A stretch of 64,000 nt of DNA from Nitrososphaerota archaeon (GCA_041641305.1 JBEPYN010000002.1:320001-384000); one strand, 5' to 3'. Positions 21,376-31,330 are shown, numbered from the stretch's first letter. Numbers and translations are program-made. Notes: generated by a model from the letters alone, not told the origin.

Positions 21376-21688
21376 GATAACTGTGAGGAAGCTGGGCGGC
21401 AAGACCCGGTTCGCCAAACGGTTGCTGAAGGAGCTGAGGCGTAGCAGACGCTCCACCAGAGAGGTTAACATAAGCCGCCTCCAGCGCAACACCGTGGACA
21501 ACGAAGTGGTTTTTGTGCCGGGCAAGGTTCTCGGACACGGTTATCTAACGAAGAAGCTAACTGTCGGCGCCTTCGCCTTCTCACAATCAGCCATCCAGAA
21601 AATACAGAAAGCCGGTGGAAGGACCCTTTTGCTGGAAGAGTTTTTGAGGGAGTTTGGGAAAGGTTCGGGGGTTAGGATAATTGGCTGA
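21353..21688 (+). CDS. rpl18e: 50S ribosomal protein L18e
   Basis: VNISRL, VPGKVLG.G, AFSQSA. Confidence 0.94.
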   Translation: MSRRVQAEITVRKLGGKTRFAKRLLKELRRSRRSTREVNISRLQRNTVDNEVVFVPGKVLGHGYLTKKLTVGAFAFSQSAIQKIQKAGGRTLLLEEFLREFGKGSGVRIIG

Positions 21689-22136
21689 GAAAACATATGT
21701 CGTGGACGCAGAGGGATACAGGCTCGGCAGACTAGCATCCTATGTAGCCAAGCTCCTGCTCAAAGGCCACCGGGTCACAGTCATTAACGCGGAGAAAACC
21801 ATCATTACGGGGAACAAGTCAGCCATTCTCGAACACTATCTGATGCTGAGAAACAGGAAACAGTTCTCCTCTCACAAGAAAATTACGGTCTGGTATCCCA
21901 CCAAGCCCGACGCAATTCTGAGGCTGGCGATAACGAGGATGCTGCCGCGGAAGAAGCCGCGGGGACGTGAGGCGGCGAAGAGGCTGGTGGTGTTGAAGGG
22001 CCCCGCCAACGTGGAGGGTGAGAAGATAGAGTTTGAGGACGCGAAGCTCACAAAGTTATATAACCGCTCTGCGAAAATAGTCAGATACATCACGCTCGAG
22101 GAGCTGTCTAAGATGCTTAGAGGTGGTAGAGAATGA
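21681..22136 (+). CDS. rpl13p: 50S ribosomal protein L13
   Basis: VDA..LGRLAS, NAEK..ITG, MLPRKKPRG. Confidence 0.94.
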   Translation: MAEKTYVVDAEGYRLGRLASYVAKLLLKGHRVTVINAEKTIITGNKSAILEHYLMLRNRKQFSSHKKITVWYPTKPDAILRLAITRMLPRKKPRGREAAKRLVVLKGPANVEGEKIEFEDAKLTKLYNRSAKIVRYITLEELSKMLRGGRE

Positions 22137-22528
22137 GGAAAACAGAGCATATTTTCGTGGGGAAACGGAAAACATCTGTGGCAAAGGTTTTCCTCCGTCC
22201 TGGGAAAGGAAACGTCTTCGTCAACAAGACACCTATCGAACTCTTCAACGAGTTTTTCAAGAGCAAAGTCCTGGCACCGCTGATGCTTTTACCTGAGTTT
22301 TGGAAGAAACACGACTTTCACGTAACTGTGAAAGGCGGCGGTGTCATGTCTTCGGCTGAGGCCATAGCCATAGCGGTTTCGAAGGCCGCTGCAGCCGAGT
22401 CCGAGGAATACAAGCAGAGGCTTGAAAGCTATGACAGAAGCCTGCTGGTCGATGACCCGAGGAGAGCGGAGCCCAAGAAGCCCAACAGGAGGAGCGCTCG
22501 ACGGAAGCCGCAGAAAAGCTACAGGTGA
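22133..22528 (+). CDS. rps9p: 30S ribosomal protein S9
   Basis: GKRKTS.A, V.GGG, DPRR.EPKK, QKSYR. Confidence 0.96.
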   Translation: MRKTEHIFVGKRKTSVAKVFLRPGKGNVFVNKTPIELFNEFFKSKVLAPLMLLPEFWKKHDFHVTVKGGGVMSSAEAIAIAVSKAAAAESEEYKQRLESYDRSLLVDDPRRAEPKKPNRRSARRKPQKSYR

Positions 22529-22537
22529 GAAGCGGAG

Positions 22538-22756
22538 TTGATGTTTCCAATCCGATGCTTCAGCTGCGGCCGCGTTATCGCCCACAAATGGGACGAGTAT
22601 CAGAGAAGGGTGTCTGAGGGAGAGCATCCGAAGGACGTCCTCGACAGCCTCGGCTTCAAAAGATACTGCTGCAGAAGAATGTTCATCTCAGCGGTCAACG
22701 TCATGGACGAGCTCATAGAGTTTCATCAAAAATACTCCGAGGCCACTAGTGCATAG
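22538..22756 (+). CDS. rpoN: RNA polymerase subunit N (Rpo10)
   Basis: PIRCFSCG, RYCCRRM. Confidence 0.97.
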   Translation: MMFPIRCFSCGRVIAHKWDEYQRRVSEGEHPKDVLDSLGFKRYCCRRMFISAVNVMDELIEFHQKYSEATSA

Positions 22757-22758
22757 CC

Positions 22759-24006
22759 ATGGGCCGTGAATCATTCACGATAACCGGTGCGGAGGCATGG
22801 GTTGTCCTCGACAGCCGGGGAAGCGAAACCATCGAGGTAACTCTATCCTCGGGCAGGGTGTCAGCCACCGCGTCGGCGCCCTCCGGAAAAAGCAGGGGGA
22901 GCAGGGAAGCTGTTCCGTTCCCCGAAGGCGGCGCCAAACAGTCTGTCAAAATTTTCAGCAGCACGTTGCGGGGCAGACTCGTTGGACGTGACCCATCTGA
23001 CCAAACAGGCATAGACACGTTGCTCAAGGAAGCTGACGGCACAGAGAACTTTTCAAAAATAGGCGGGAACTTGGCCTACGCTGTCTCGGCCTGCGCTGTA
23101 AAGCTCGCGGCCATGCTGATGGAGAAGCACATATGGAGGCGTGTGGCTGACTTGTCCGGGCTTGCTCCCGTCTATCCTATTCCTCTTGGCAACGTATTGG
23201 GTGGAGGGGCGCATGCGGGCGAAGGCGCTCCAGATATACAGGAGTTTCTCGTTTTTCCAAAGAAACCGGGAAGCATTGAGGAGGCTGTTAGGACGAATGT
23301 GGAGGTGCATAGGAGGCTTGGCAGGGTTTTGGCGAAAAAGGTCGGTGGATACGGTGGAGGGAAAGGTGACGAGGGTGCCTATGCGCCACCCGTCGACGAC
23401 GAAAACGCTCTGCGGGCTGTGAAAGAGGCGTCGGAGGGATTGGATGTAGGGTTTGGACTGGACGTCGCCGCCTCAAGCCTCTACGATGCATCTCAGAAAA
23501 AATATCATTACAGGAACCGTGGAAAACATCTGACCCGTGAGCAGCACATGCAACACATTTCAGAGCTTGTCGAGAGGTATGGGATAAGCTATGTCGAGGA
23601 CCCGTTTGAGGAAACGGATGTGGAAGGGTTTGCTGAGCTGTGCAAAGCTTTTCCGAAGCTGCTTGTATGCGGAGACGACCTCGTCGTAACACGTGCGGAG
23701 CTGATTAGAATGGCTTCTGAGAAAAGGGCCGTGAGGGCGGTTATTCTTAAGCCCAACCAGGTCGGCACGGTAACGGACACGGTGGAGGCTGCGAAGGAGG
23801 CTGAGAGAAGGGGGATTGTGCGTGTTGTGTCGCATAGGTCGGGTGAGACATGCGACAGCTTTTTGACGCATCTGGCCATCGGGCTGGGGGGCAAGTTTAT
23901 TAAGGCAGGTGTAGCGGGGGGTGAAAGGGTGGCTAAGGCAAATGAGCTGCTGCGGATATGGTACATGGTTGGCGGCTCGATTCACTTGCAGGAGGCTGAT
24001 GTATAA
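22759..24006 (+). CDS. eno: Enolase
   Basis: DSRG, APSG.S.G, GDEG, VSHRSGET, R.AK.NELLRI. Confidence 0.96.
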   Translation: MGRESFTITGAEAWVVLDSRGSETIEVTLSSGRVSATASAPSGKSRGSREAVPFPEGGAKQSVKIFSSTLRGRLVGRDPSDQTGIDTLLKEADGTENFSKIGGNLAYAVSACAVKLAAMLMEKHIWRRVADLSGLAPVYPIPLGNVLGGGAHAGEGAPDIQEFLVFPKKPGSIEEAVRTNVEVHRRLGRVLAKKVGGYGGGKGDEGAYAPPVDDENALRAVKEASEGLDVGFGLDVAASSLYDASQKKYHYRNRGKHLTREQHMQHISELVERYGISYVEDPFEETDVEGFAELCKAFPKLLVCGDDLVVTRAELIRMASEKRAVRAVILKPNQVGTVTDTVEAAKEAERRGIVRVVSHRSGETCDSFLTHLAIGLGGKFIKAGVAGGERVAKANELLRIWYMVGGSIHLQEADV

Positions 24007-24632
24007 TGACGATGTCGGCTGAACAGGAAGCGGAGATACTTGAGCAGCTTGTCAAATACAACGTTCACGTAGGCTCACGCATCAAGGTCAAGCACATGGA
24101 GCCCTACATCTTCAGGATGAGGTATGACGGCGTCTACCTTTTCGAGGTCAAGAAGATTCTTACGCGGCTTAACCTCGCCGCTAAGCTGATATCATTCTAC
24201 GAGCCCAACGAGGTGCTGGCTGTCTCGACACACGTATTCGGCATGAAGGCTGTGCAGAAGTTTGCGGAGCTGACGGGCGGCATGGCTATAGCGGGCAAGA
24301 TGATGGCGGGCATGCTCACAAACAGGACGCTCAAAAACTACACCGAGCCCTCAATCGTGATTATCTCCGACCCGCGTTACGATGCGCAGGCCCTTGAAGA
24401 AGCGGCTATAGCCCGTATTCCCGTGATAGCTATGTGCAGCACAGACAACACATGCTCCAACGTCGACCTCGTGATACCGATGAACAACAGAAGCAGAACA
24501 TCGCTGCCCTATGCTTTCTGGTATCTGACGAGACGTGTGCTCGAGGAGAGAGGCCAGCTCACACCAGATTTCGACGCCTTGGTGAAGCCCGAGGACTTCA
24601 TGGCGCTTCCCAGCTCCGGCGAAGCAGAGTAG
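24006..24632 (+). CDS. rps2p: 30S ribosomal protein S2
   Basis: VHVG, DPRYDAQA..EA, VDLVIP.NN. Confidence 0.96.
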   Translation: MTMSAEQEAEILEQLVKYNVHVGSRIKVKHMEPYIFRMRYDGVYLFEVKKILTRLNLAAKLISFYEPNEVLAVSTHVFGMKAVQKFAELTGGMAIAGKMMAGMLTNRTLKNYTEPSIVIISDPRYDAQALEEAAIARIPVIAMCSTDNTCSNVDLVIPMNNRSRTSLPYAFWYLTRRVLEERGQLTPDFDALVKPEDFMALPSSGEAE

Positions 24633-26745
24633 AGAAAGGCTGGATAACCGTCTCATACGCACGCCGCAGAAAATCCACATAATATTCTTCATCATAGTCG
24701 CTGCTGCGGAGAAGCTGTAGCGGAACCCCTGCTCCCCGTTTCACTATGTAGCTGACAGACTGGCCCGGTGAAACAGAGGCCCCCATCTGCTTCAGCATCC
24801 TAGCCGCCTGCACATGCTTAACCTCCTTGTCATAACTCTCCACAGGCCCTGACACACTCCTCGTCACAGCAAGTTCCTCGGCTTCGACGCCGCCAAGGTA
24901 AACCATGCGCATATACTTCCTGAAAATTTCATGACATTCTCCGAGCTTTTGAGGCACATCCTGCAACGAACATATCTCGGCCAGCCTCGCGAGAAGCTCG
25001 TGCTGCATCTTGCGCACAATCGGCGGCGTATCTCTTCTCCTTGCCTCTATTCCTCTGCACTTGACTCTGCCACCGATGTATGCGCCGAAGTATCTGTTGT
25101 TTACCGGTCTTCCCGGGCTGGTGCGTGAGTCGAGGAAGGCTATCCACTTGAACGTGCCCTCGTAGCCGACCGGCAGACCCAGCCTCTTCTCCAACACCTC
25201 TCCAAAGGCCCTGTAATCATCCTCGGAAGCATCTCTCCGCCAAATCCATAGACAGTCGACTATGCCATGCAGGACCTTGAAACCATGTTCCTCGGCGAGC
25301 TTGACGCTTCTGAGCAGGGTGTCGCGGGCGAGGGCGCAGACAGCCATGTGCGCCTCCCGGCTCCCGAACTTCGCCTTCTTGTATCCCAGGTAGCCGAACG
25401 AGGTGACAAGTATCCACTTCAACGCATCGGCCCGAGCCTTGTAGACCTTGTCACCCATCTCTTGGTAAAGCCTCTTGTACTCGAGCCTTCTACGCAAGGG
25501 CTCCTCGATGGCCCGTGGCACTATGCCTCGCCATTTTCTGCAGACGTGGTAGCCGAGCTCCGGTATGTCGTTGCCGCTGCAGCATCGACAGTTCACGGTT
25601 TCGCCGCTGATGTTGTGCTTCAGCATGAGCATGGGGTAGAGGCTGTGGAAATCCAGCTCACCAACATTCCAGTAAACACCGGGCTGATGGTCGAGTATCC
25701 ACCCGCCTCTGTCAGCTTTTAGTAGCTCCTTCCCAGTCATGCATGTGGGTCTGCCGCATTCAACAGGTATCAACACATCGTTGAGAAAAGCTTGATGATA
25801 CTGGAGCGAGGTCATGCAGCGGCCGATGGTGTAGCGTGCCGCATCCTGCACCGGAAGCCTGGCGACACGCGCCACCTCCACAACACCATGAAGCCCCGTC
25901 TCCCTGTAAAGCATCGAATTATCCGCATCTATGTGAAGTCTTCCACGGAGCCTGTAGCCTGAATAGCTGTGGTAAACTCTTCCATAGCTCATGTAGGAGA
26001 AGCCCCGGCTCCTGCTACGTGGGTCCTCTTCCCGGCCCAGCCGAAGCTCTACACCGTTGACACGGGCCCTGTACCGGAGATATGGCAAGAGAAACGAGTC
26101 GCCCCCATATGTGACAACCACATCCACATCAAGCTCGTCGAGAACATGCCCCAGCTCCGTGAGAACCTTCTCCTCATCACCGTCGAGAACAATCTCCTCA
26201 CCGTCGCAGACAACCTTCACGTTTTTGAGGGGATGGATGAAACGTGGGAAAGGAGTCGCCGAGGCCACCGTGGCCTCGAGATAAGCAACATGGAGAAAAG
26301 AGATGTCGTAGAAGAGGTTGCCGAGGTCCTCGGCCGCATACAGCCTACCATCCTTCTCCTCGACAGCGGCTGTCGGAGCAAGCCCGTGGCTGTAGAGAAA
26401 CTCCTGCGCAGGCGGGAGGTCCACGTTGTAGACACGTATGCCGCGGCAGCACCACTTCTCAGAAACAAACTCGGCGAGAAAACGCCTCTCCGAAGGAGGC
26501 GTCTCCACCTCCAAGGCTTCAACCAACCCAGTCCCCAAAACCCTCTTCACAACCCGTCCAACCACATAACGCTCCCCAAGAACCCTCTCAACCTCTGTTA
26601 AAACATCAAGAGGACCCGCAAAGTAGAGCCGCGGCCACCACCCAACAACAACCCGCACAACACCAGACAACCCTCTAACCCAAGCCACCACACCATCATC
26701 ACGACACCAAACATCGAGAAGAAACCCAACCACACAAACAAGCAA
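24598..26745 (-). CDS. polB2: Family B DNA polymerase, PolB2 subgroup
   Basis: DFHSLYP, KWILVTSFGY, motif C as HGIVDC (PolB2-type), RGIEARRRD. Confidence 0.88.
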   Translation of the reverse strand: MLVCVVGFLLDVWCRDDGVVAWVRGLSGVVRVVVGWWPRLYFAGPLDVLTEVERVLGERYVVGRVVKRVLGTGLVEALEVETPPSERRFLAEFVSEKWCCRGIRVYNVDLPPAQEFLYSHGLAPTAAVEEKDGRLYAAEDLGNLFYDISFLHVAYLEATVASATPFPRFIHPLKNVKVVCDGEEIVLDGDEEKVLTELGHVLDELDVDVVVTYGGDSFLLPYLRYRARVNGVELRLGREEDPRSRSRGFSYMSYGRVYHSYSGYRLRGRLHIDADNSMLYRETGLHGVVEVARVARLPVQDAARYTIGRCMTSLQYHQAFLNDVLIPVECGRPTCMTGKELLKADRGGWILDHQPGVYWNVGELDFHSLYPMLMLKHNISGETVNCRCCSGNDIPELGYHVCRKWRGIVPRAIEEPLRRRLEYKRLYQEMGDKVYKARADALKWILVTSFGYLGYKKAKFGSREAHMAVCALARDTLLRSVKLAEEHGFKVLHGIVDCLWIWRRDASEDDYRAFGEVLEKRLGLPVGYEGTFKWIAFLDSRTSPGRPVNNRYFGAYIGGRVKCRGIEARRRDTPPIVRKMQHELLARLAEICSLQDVPQKLGECHEIFRKYMRMVYLGGVEAEELAVTRSVSGPVESYDKEVKHVQAARMLKQMGASVSPGQSVSYIVKRGAGVPLQLLRSSDYDEEYYVDFLRRAYETVIQPFSTLLRRSWEAP

Positions 26746-26800
26746 ACAAACTGGAATAAATCATGAGAGAGCACCGCGAAAATGCGGCACCAACCTTTAT

Positions 26801-26857
26801 CATAGATTCCCTGTATGTCTTGAAGTTAAGCATAATCAGGGGGTAACGGATGTTCAC
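26801..26857 (-). pseudogene. 5' remnant of triosephosphate isomerase
   Basis: VNIRYPLIMLNFKTYRESM resembles the archaeal TIM N-terminus (NFKTY); TTTAAAA upstream; no TIM-like continuation. Confidence 0.5.
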
Positions 26858-26970
26858 GATGTCTCTTCATCAGGTTTGTTTTAAAGGATGCAGAGAATAT
26901 TTGAGCGTTGTCTGGCCGAGAAAACCATCCGCCTAAAGCCATAACACACGGTTAAGTAGGCTGGGGAGAA

Positions 26971-27044
26971 CCTTCTAAGCTGGGGGTCGTGAGTCAGACC
27001 TTTACAGTAGGCGGCCGGTAGGTTTCAAGTCCCACCCGGGCCCA
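26971..27044 (+). tRNA. tRNA-Arg(TCT) 3' half with ~30-nt intron-like insert in the T-arm; no 5' half nearby
   Basis: C-CTTCTAA-GCTGG-GGGTC-GTG ... GGTTTCAAGTCCCACCCGGGCCCA; the 5' strand of the anticodon stem is missing. Confidence 0.6.
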
Positions 27045-27073
27045 ATAGCCTACAACATCATATTGGTCGTTGT

Positions 27074-27853
27074 TTATTCTATTCTTGGTGCTTGGTATAT
27101 TGTTAATAAGATATCCTTTATCTTAGCTCTAATAGCCATAGGAGCTGGCTTATTACTACCATGTATATAAAAGCATAGACTAACCCCCATACAACCAAGC
27201 CTATCAAGACCTTTAACACTCTCATAAATATACCCGAAGGAAAAACACTGCCTATCCAAATAACCCCATCCAGGAGCCTTAACAACCTTCTCCATATTAT
27301 CGTCCCAAACCTTTAAAACCCCATCATGATAACTAAACCTGACATAGTCATAGTTGTTTGTGAAGATAGCTAATATGGATAGAAGCTCTTTTGTGGGGAT
27401 TTTGACCTCTGCGCATCTATCATGCTCAATATCCCATACAAGCTCCTCAACCTTCAAACCAGCATCATTCTCCCTATAAACAACCATATCACCATACCTA
27501 ATCACCCCAATCTGAGAAAAATCATAGACAAGAGGTGTGTCTGATTTGATGCTTCTAAGGGCTTTAAGAGCGTTCTCAAGGTTTAAAAGACCTAACGGAG
27601 GCTCAACAACAGGGTTCTCAAAAACCCCGTCAACGGTTAAACGGACACAGGTAACATGGGTAGGGCTTAAAACGGCGCTGTTTAAAACACCATTCCTCAC
27701 ATAAACCCCGAAATTATCGAAATAATGCGAGCGTAGCATCTTGAAAAACGCCTTAAGCCTTGAGGCTGGCATAGCTATACGCAACGGCTTAACCTCAACC
27801 CTCTCAACAGCATCCATCTCAACCCTCTCAAGAAACATATCCAAGCTTGTCAT
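27074..27853 (-). CDS. Divergent PCNA sliding clamp
   Basis: LSPTHVTCVRL (cf. DPSHV.LV.L), ~260 aa, C-terminal APRIE. Confidence 0.8.
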   Translation of the reverse strand: MTSLDMFLERVEMDAVERVEVKPLRIAMPASRLKAFFKMLRSHYFDNFGVYVRNGVLNSAVLSPTHVTCVRLTVDGVFENPVVEPPLGLLNLENALKALRSIKSDTPLVYDFSQIGVIRYGDMVVYRENDAGLKVEELVWDIEHDRCAEVKIPTKELLSILAIFTNNYDYVRFSYHDGVLKVWDDNMEKVVKAPGWGYLDRQCFSFGYIYESVKGLDRLGCMGVSLCFYIHGSNKPAPMAIRAKIKDILLTIYQAPRIE

Positions 27854-27876
27854 GGCTAAACCATCTTATCCAAAGT

Positions 27877-27894
27877 ATTTAACCGACTTAGGCC
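27877..27894 (-). promoter_or_regulatory. Element promoter GGCCT-N7-TTAAAT (PCNA gene)
   Basis: GGCCTaagtcggTTAAAT, 24 nt before ATG 27853. Confidence 0.75.
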
Positions 27895-27955
27895 AACAAG
27901 GGAATGTAACTATCTCCTCATAAGAACGCTGGTCTTCATACAACCTTCAAAAACC

Positions 27956-28594
27956 TTATCCCTGACCATTATTGTTCGGCTCTTCCTCATTTTCGTCAAA
28001 ATCGAAATCATACCGCTTAACATCCCCTCTTCTCTTTCTCGGCTTCTCTCTTAGTTTAAGACCACACATAGGGCAGTAAGGCTTCTCAAGCTTGAGCTGA
28101 AAAGCGGTAAGACAATGGGAGCAAAAACCATGACCTTTTCTATAGAAAGGCTGTCTCGACGCTGGATAGAAAAAGGCAAGCTTCTCGTCAGGCTTATAAG
28201 ACATACACAGCATATTATCCTCAACCCATAAATCAACCCTGATACGGTTGCCGTCCCAGCCGTTGAACAGGCCAGCATATTGGCTCGGTATCCTAAGCCT
28301 CAGCCCCGCTGTCGTGTCGTAACGGCCCGTAAACCTCTCCCCCCTCACAACCGCTATATAATCGCCCTTCGGAGGTAACTCAAATTCCTTAAAAACACGG
28401 ATAGGTAGCTTAAGCCTCAAAGTGCCAGACGCTTCATGTATAATCCTCGCCTCCATGCCTTCAAGAACCTTCTTAGGCGAAAAATCATCAATACGGCTAT
28501 TCATAGCATTCTCTTTTCCATGAAACGATAAAGGCTTTGCCTGAACATCTTCATCAGGTTTGGGTGGCTGAAAATCCTCTTCACGACCGTTCAT
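27956..28594 (-). CDS. AbrB-like protein with C-terminal family Zn finger
   Basis: LRLKLP/LRLRIP repeats; GHGFCSHC..CPMCGLKLREKPR. Confidence 0.65.
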   Translation of the reverse strand: MNGREEDFQPPKPDEDVQAKPLSFHGKENAMNSRIDDFSPKKVLEGMEARIIHEASGTLRLKLPIRVFKEFELPPKGDYIAVVRGERFTGRYDTTAGLRLRIPSQYAGLFNGWDGNRIRVDLWVEDNMLCMSYKPDEKLAFFYPASRQPFYRKGHGFCSHCLTAFQLKLEKPYCPMCGLKLREKPRKRRGDVKRYDFDFDENEEEPNNNGQG

Positions 28595-28792
28595 AGCTTA
28601 TTCTACTTGATGAAATTATAAAAGCGTTAAACAATCTCTGAAAACCAGAAATTCTGGCTCTCCACGGCTTAGAAAGCCAAAATACCTCAAAAAACCATGT
28701 CATAAACACTTTGGCCACAAAAATGCAAAATTTCGCCACTACCTGGCGTAAATCGTCGAAATAAAAACAAGGAGTTTAGCGAAAGCCATACT

Positions 28793-29263
28793 TCATACCT
28801 CACTCTCCGTCGTCTTCGCCTTCTCCTCGATAAGGTCTGCGATACGTTTCAGGAAATCAGCATCGCTCTCATCCAAGGTCATCCAGCTCTCCATCGGAGG
28901 AATGAAACGTAGCTCGTAATAATGTAGAAAAGGCATCATACCACCCTTGAAAAACACCCTCAGCTTGAACCCTCTCTTCTCTCCAGCCAACCTAAGCCAC
29001 CTCGTTATCCTGCGGTCTGGACAAACAAATTTCCGAGCCAGCCCTTGTCTCTCAACCTCGTCCAGCCTCTCCATGGCCGCGTCTCTCAAATCAGGGCTTC
29101 TGAGGAAAACCAGCAGACAACGGCACCCATCCGTGGCAAACATAAACCATAGATGCGGATGGTTATCAGTCGTGGCGGTAACAACCTCCAAAAACGGCGT
29201 ATCATTAGAAATTCCTGTTCTCACATCCCTTATAGCGTTCACATCACAGAGCAAGGAAACCAC
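28793..29263 (-). CDS. Hypothetical protein
   Basis: ORF coupled to 29239-29481. Confidence 0.5.
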   Translation of the reverse strand: MVSLLCDVNAIRDVRTGISNDTPFLEVVTATTDNHPHLWFMFATDGCRCLLVFLRSPDLRDAAMERLDEVERQGLARKFVCPDRRITRWLRLAGEKRGFKLRVFFKGGMMPFLHYYELRFIPPMESWMTLDESDADFLKRIADLIEEKAKTTESEV

Positions 29264-29481
29264 CTCTCTACCTCACTATTATAGGGCAGAAAATCCTCAA
29301 CATCCTTACCCGCCATCATAGCCCAAAGCCTGAAATACAACACGAAATTCAGAAGCCTTCCATAGCTGGGCCGCTCCCTCAACCCGTCCAACTTCAGCAA
29401 CAATTGAACAGGCATGTCGTTGCTAAATCTTCTCCACACTTCTTCACACCAATCCTGAACCGAACGCTGATGAACGCTCAT
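29239..29481 (-). CDS. Hypothetical protein
   Basis: Element promoter at 29505-29522, 24 nt upstream. Confidence 0.6.
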   Translation of the reverse strand: MSVHQRSVQDWCEEVWRRFSNDMPVQLLLKLDGLRERPSYGRLLNFVLYFRLWAMMAGKDVEDFLPYNSEVERWFPCSVM

Positions 29482-29599
29482 GTCTGAAACATCTCAACCT
29501 AAGAATAAAAACAGAAAAGGCCTGCCCAGTATTTGTCGGCCTTCACCAATTCAGACATGGCCTTAAATAATTAAATCCATCCAAGGCATAGCGTATTGT

Positions 29600-30043
29600 A
29601 TGTTGTCATACGTGGCCGCAATGCTATACGCACACGTCCTCAGAGACCATGCACCGCCCTCTCCCCCAATAACGATATCAATTGATGCTTTCAAGGCTTA
29701 TGTCAAGGAACTTGGCGTAATTGACATGATAGGTGAGGAGGAGGTTGAGCCGTATCTGAGCATGCTCGCTAAACTCGGATTTATTGAAAAATATGAAAAC
29801 AACAAGATAACGATACATGAGGAGGGCTGGGAACTACTCAACTCTCATTGGTTTGAACTTAGAAAGTCATGGCTGAGGAAAATAAGTATCGTTAATGAAT
29901 TGTTGTCTAAGATTGAGGACAGCCTTACAGTAAGTCGGGGCTCACCGAATAGGGCGGGAGAAAACACCGTAAAATTAGTTCTGACCGCGCCACCCACAGC
30001 ATCTATGACGATTGTATTCATGTTCGACACCTCAGGCCGCTAA
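29600..30043 (+). CDS. Winged-helix protein
   Basis: YLSMLAKLGFIEK..KITIHEEGW; promoter at 29559-29576. Confidence 0.65.
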   Translation: MLSYVAAMLYAHVLRDHAPPSPPITISIDAFKAYVKELGVIDMIGEEEVEPYLSMLAKLGFIEKYENNKITIHEEGWELLNSHWFELRKSWLRKISIVNELLSKIEDSLTVSRGSPNRAGENTVKLVLTAPPTASMTIVFMFDTSGR

Positions 30044-30452
30044 ACTCCTTGAATACATGAGAAGAGCGTTTTCAAAAAACCGTCTCTGCTCATTTGTAAG
30101 AGCTATCTCTGTGATGATGTGGTTATCAAGGTTATCATTTGAGAAAACGGCGACGTAAAAAACACCAGAAGACGCCACCGCCATCAACCACTCCTCTACA
30201 TCTTCGAAAACCCCTAAATATTCTTCGCTGGAATGAAGCAGAACCCTGACGAGGAGCCTTCCATCAAACATGAAATTGCAACAATGAGGGGTTTCAACCT
30301 TTTCCACAAAAACTACTATACACGGGCGCCCACGTATTACTGCGAGTTTAATATCACTCTTGGGGAACGACGACAAGCTCCACCACCTCTCCATCCCTCA
30401 TAAATTTCTTCAAAGCTTCAGGCTTTGAAGAAACACGGTAAACTGTTTTCAT
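30032..30452 (-). CDS. Hypothetical protein with apparent frameshift in the G4 run at ~30362
   Basis: Promoter 30476-30493 points to ATG 30452 (MKTVYRVSS..VVVP); removing one base joins it to KSDIKLAVIRG. Confidence 0.55.
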
Positions 30453-30493
30453 ACCTGCTTCTAAACCCGCTAAACATTTAAACAGCTCAGGCC

Positions 30494-30853
30494 TCATTCT
30501 TCAACCAAACCCGTCCGAGGACGCATTTGGAGTGCTTCGCTGATATGCATGTATGTATAACTGTTGAAGCTGAGGCTCTGCCCCCGATTTATCATATGTG
30601 ATTTATTCAATTCAGAGGCTTTCTTCTCCGCTTCGTCCTGGGTGTAAGCGGTGTCCACAACCGTAAACTCACGCATGTAACCGTTGTCAAACTCCTGAAG
30701 GACGAGGTAAAAGCTATGGCTGTCGCATACGACAGCACCCATATCGCTTAAATAAATTGCTTGTTTACCGACAAGCGGTTTAGAACATAGAAGGCATGAG
30801 CCATAGCGGGCTGTGATGCTGTAAACTCTCGGAGGCTTCAAATAATACCTCAT
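30494..30853 (-). CDS. Hypothetical Zn-finger protein
   Basis: CLLC...CDSH. Confidence 0.55.
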   Translation of the reverse strand: MRYYLKPPRVYSITARYGSCLLCSKPLVGKQAIYLSDMGAVVCDSHSFYLVLQEFDNGYMREFTVVDTAYTQDEAEKKASELNKSHMINRGQSLSFNSYTYMHISEALQMRPRTGLVEE

Positions 30854-31077
30854 TCAGCCTCATCCTCGTCTACACAGTGTTCCACTACTTTTGAGCCTGC
30901 TCTGCTCATCTGCTCGTAAAGCCAATCCTCAACAGCCTCGTATTGCGCCCGATACTTCTCAAATACATGGTCAGCCCTCGGGTCTGATACACAGTCTCCA
31001 CATACATAGAAAATCAGCTCAATCTCGAAATCAAATTTCTCTTTCTTACCGCAAACCTCACATTTATACACACTCAT
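30850..31077 (-). CDS. Small Zn-finger protein
   Basis: CEVC...CGDC; promoter at 31101-31118. Confidence 0.65.
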   Translation of the reverse strand: MSVYKCEVCGKKEKFDFEIELIFYVCGDCVSDPRADHVFEKYRAQYEAVEDWLYEQMSRAGSKVVEHCVDEDEAE

Positions 31078-31102
31078 GCCAACAAATTGTCAAGCCATGT
31101 AT

Positions 31103-31330
31103 TTAATCGGATGAGGCCCCCGCATGTTTTCTATCCATAAAATCACGAATTAAAAGCTCTCTATGACCGCATTTAGGACATTCATAGTCAATAGGTTCAC
31201 AATCTACATCCTCAACATAGCTTGGCTGAATATTCGGCGATGGAAAGACCTTGAAAATTTTGACCACGGAGAGATGCTCTAACAAATATGTAAGCTTCTC
31301 TCCACAGCCTGGACACTTAAACCTCGCCAC
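31103..31330 (-). CDS. Small Zn-ribbon protein
   Basis: CPGC...CPKC; SD-like GGAGGTG upstream. Confidence 0.6.
   Translation of the reverse strand: MARFKCPGCGEKLTYLLEHLSVVKIFKVFPSPNIQPSYVEDVDCEPIDYECPKCGHRELLIRDFMDRKHAGASSD

Noticed and set aside
26570-26750. A/C-rich low-complexity tract as a repeat
   Set aside because: It is codon bias in the polB2 5' end, with no repeat unit
26836-26873. C/D-box sRNA (TGATGA...CTGA on the minus strand)
   Set aside because: Too short, no clear C'/D' boxes, and better explained as the tpiA stub and its promoter region
26956-27056. Permuted tRNA
   Set aside because: The flanks pair, but no D-arm or 5' half follows the 3' half; GGGCCC..TAGCCTA is not continued
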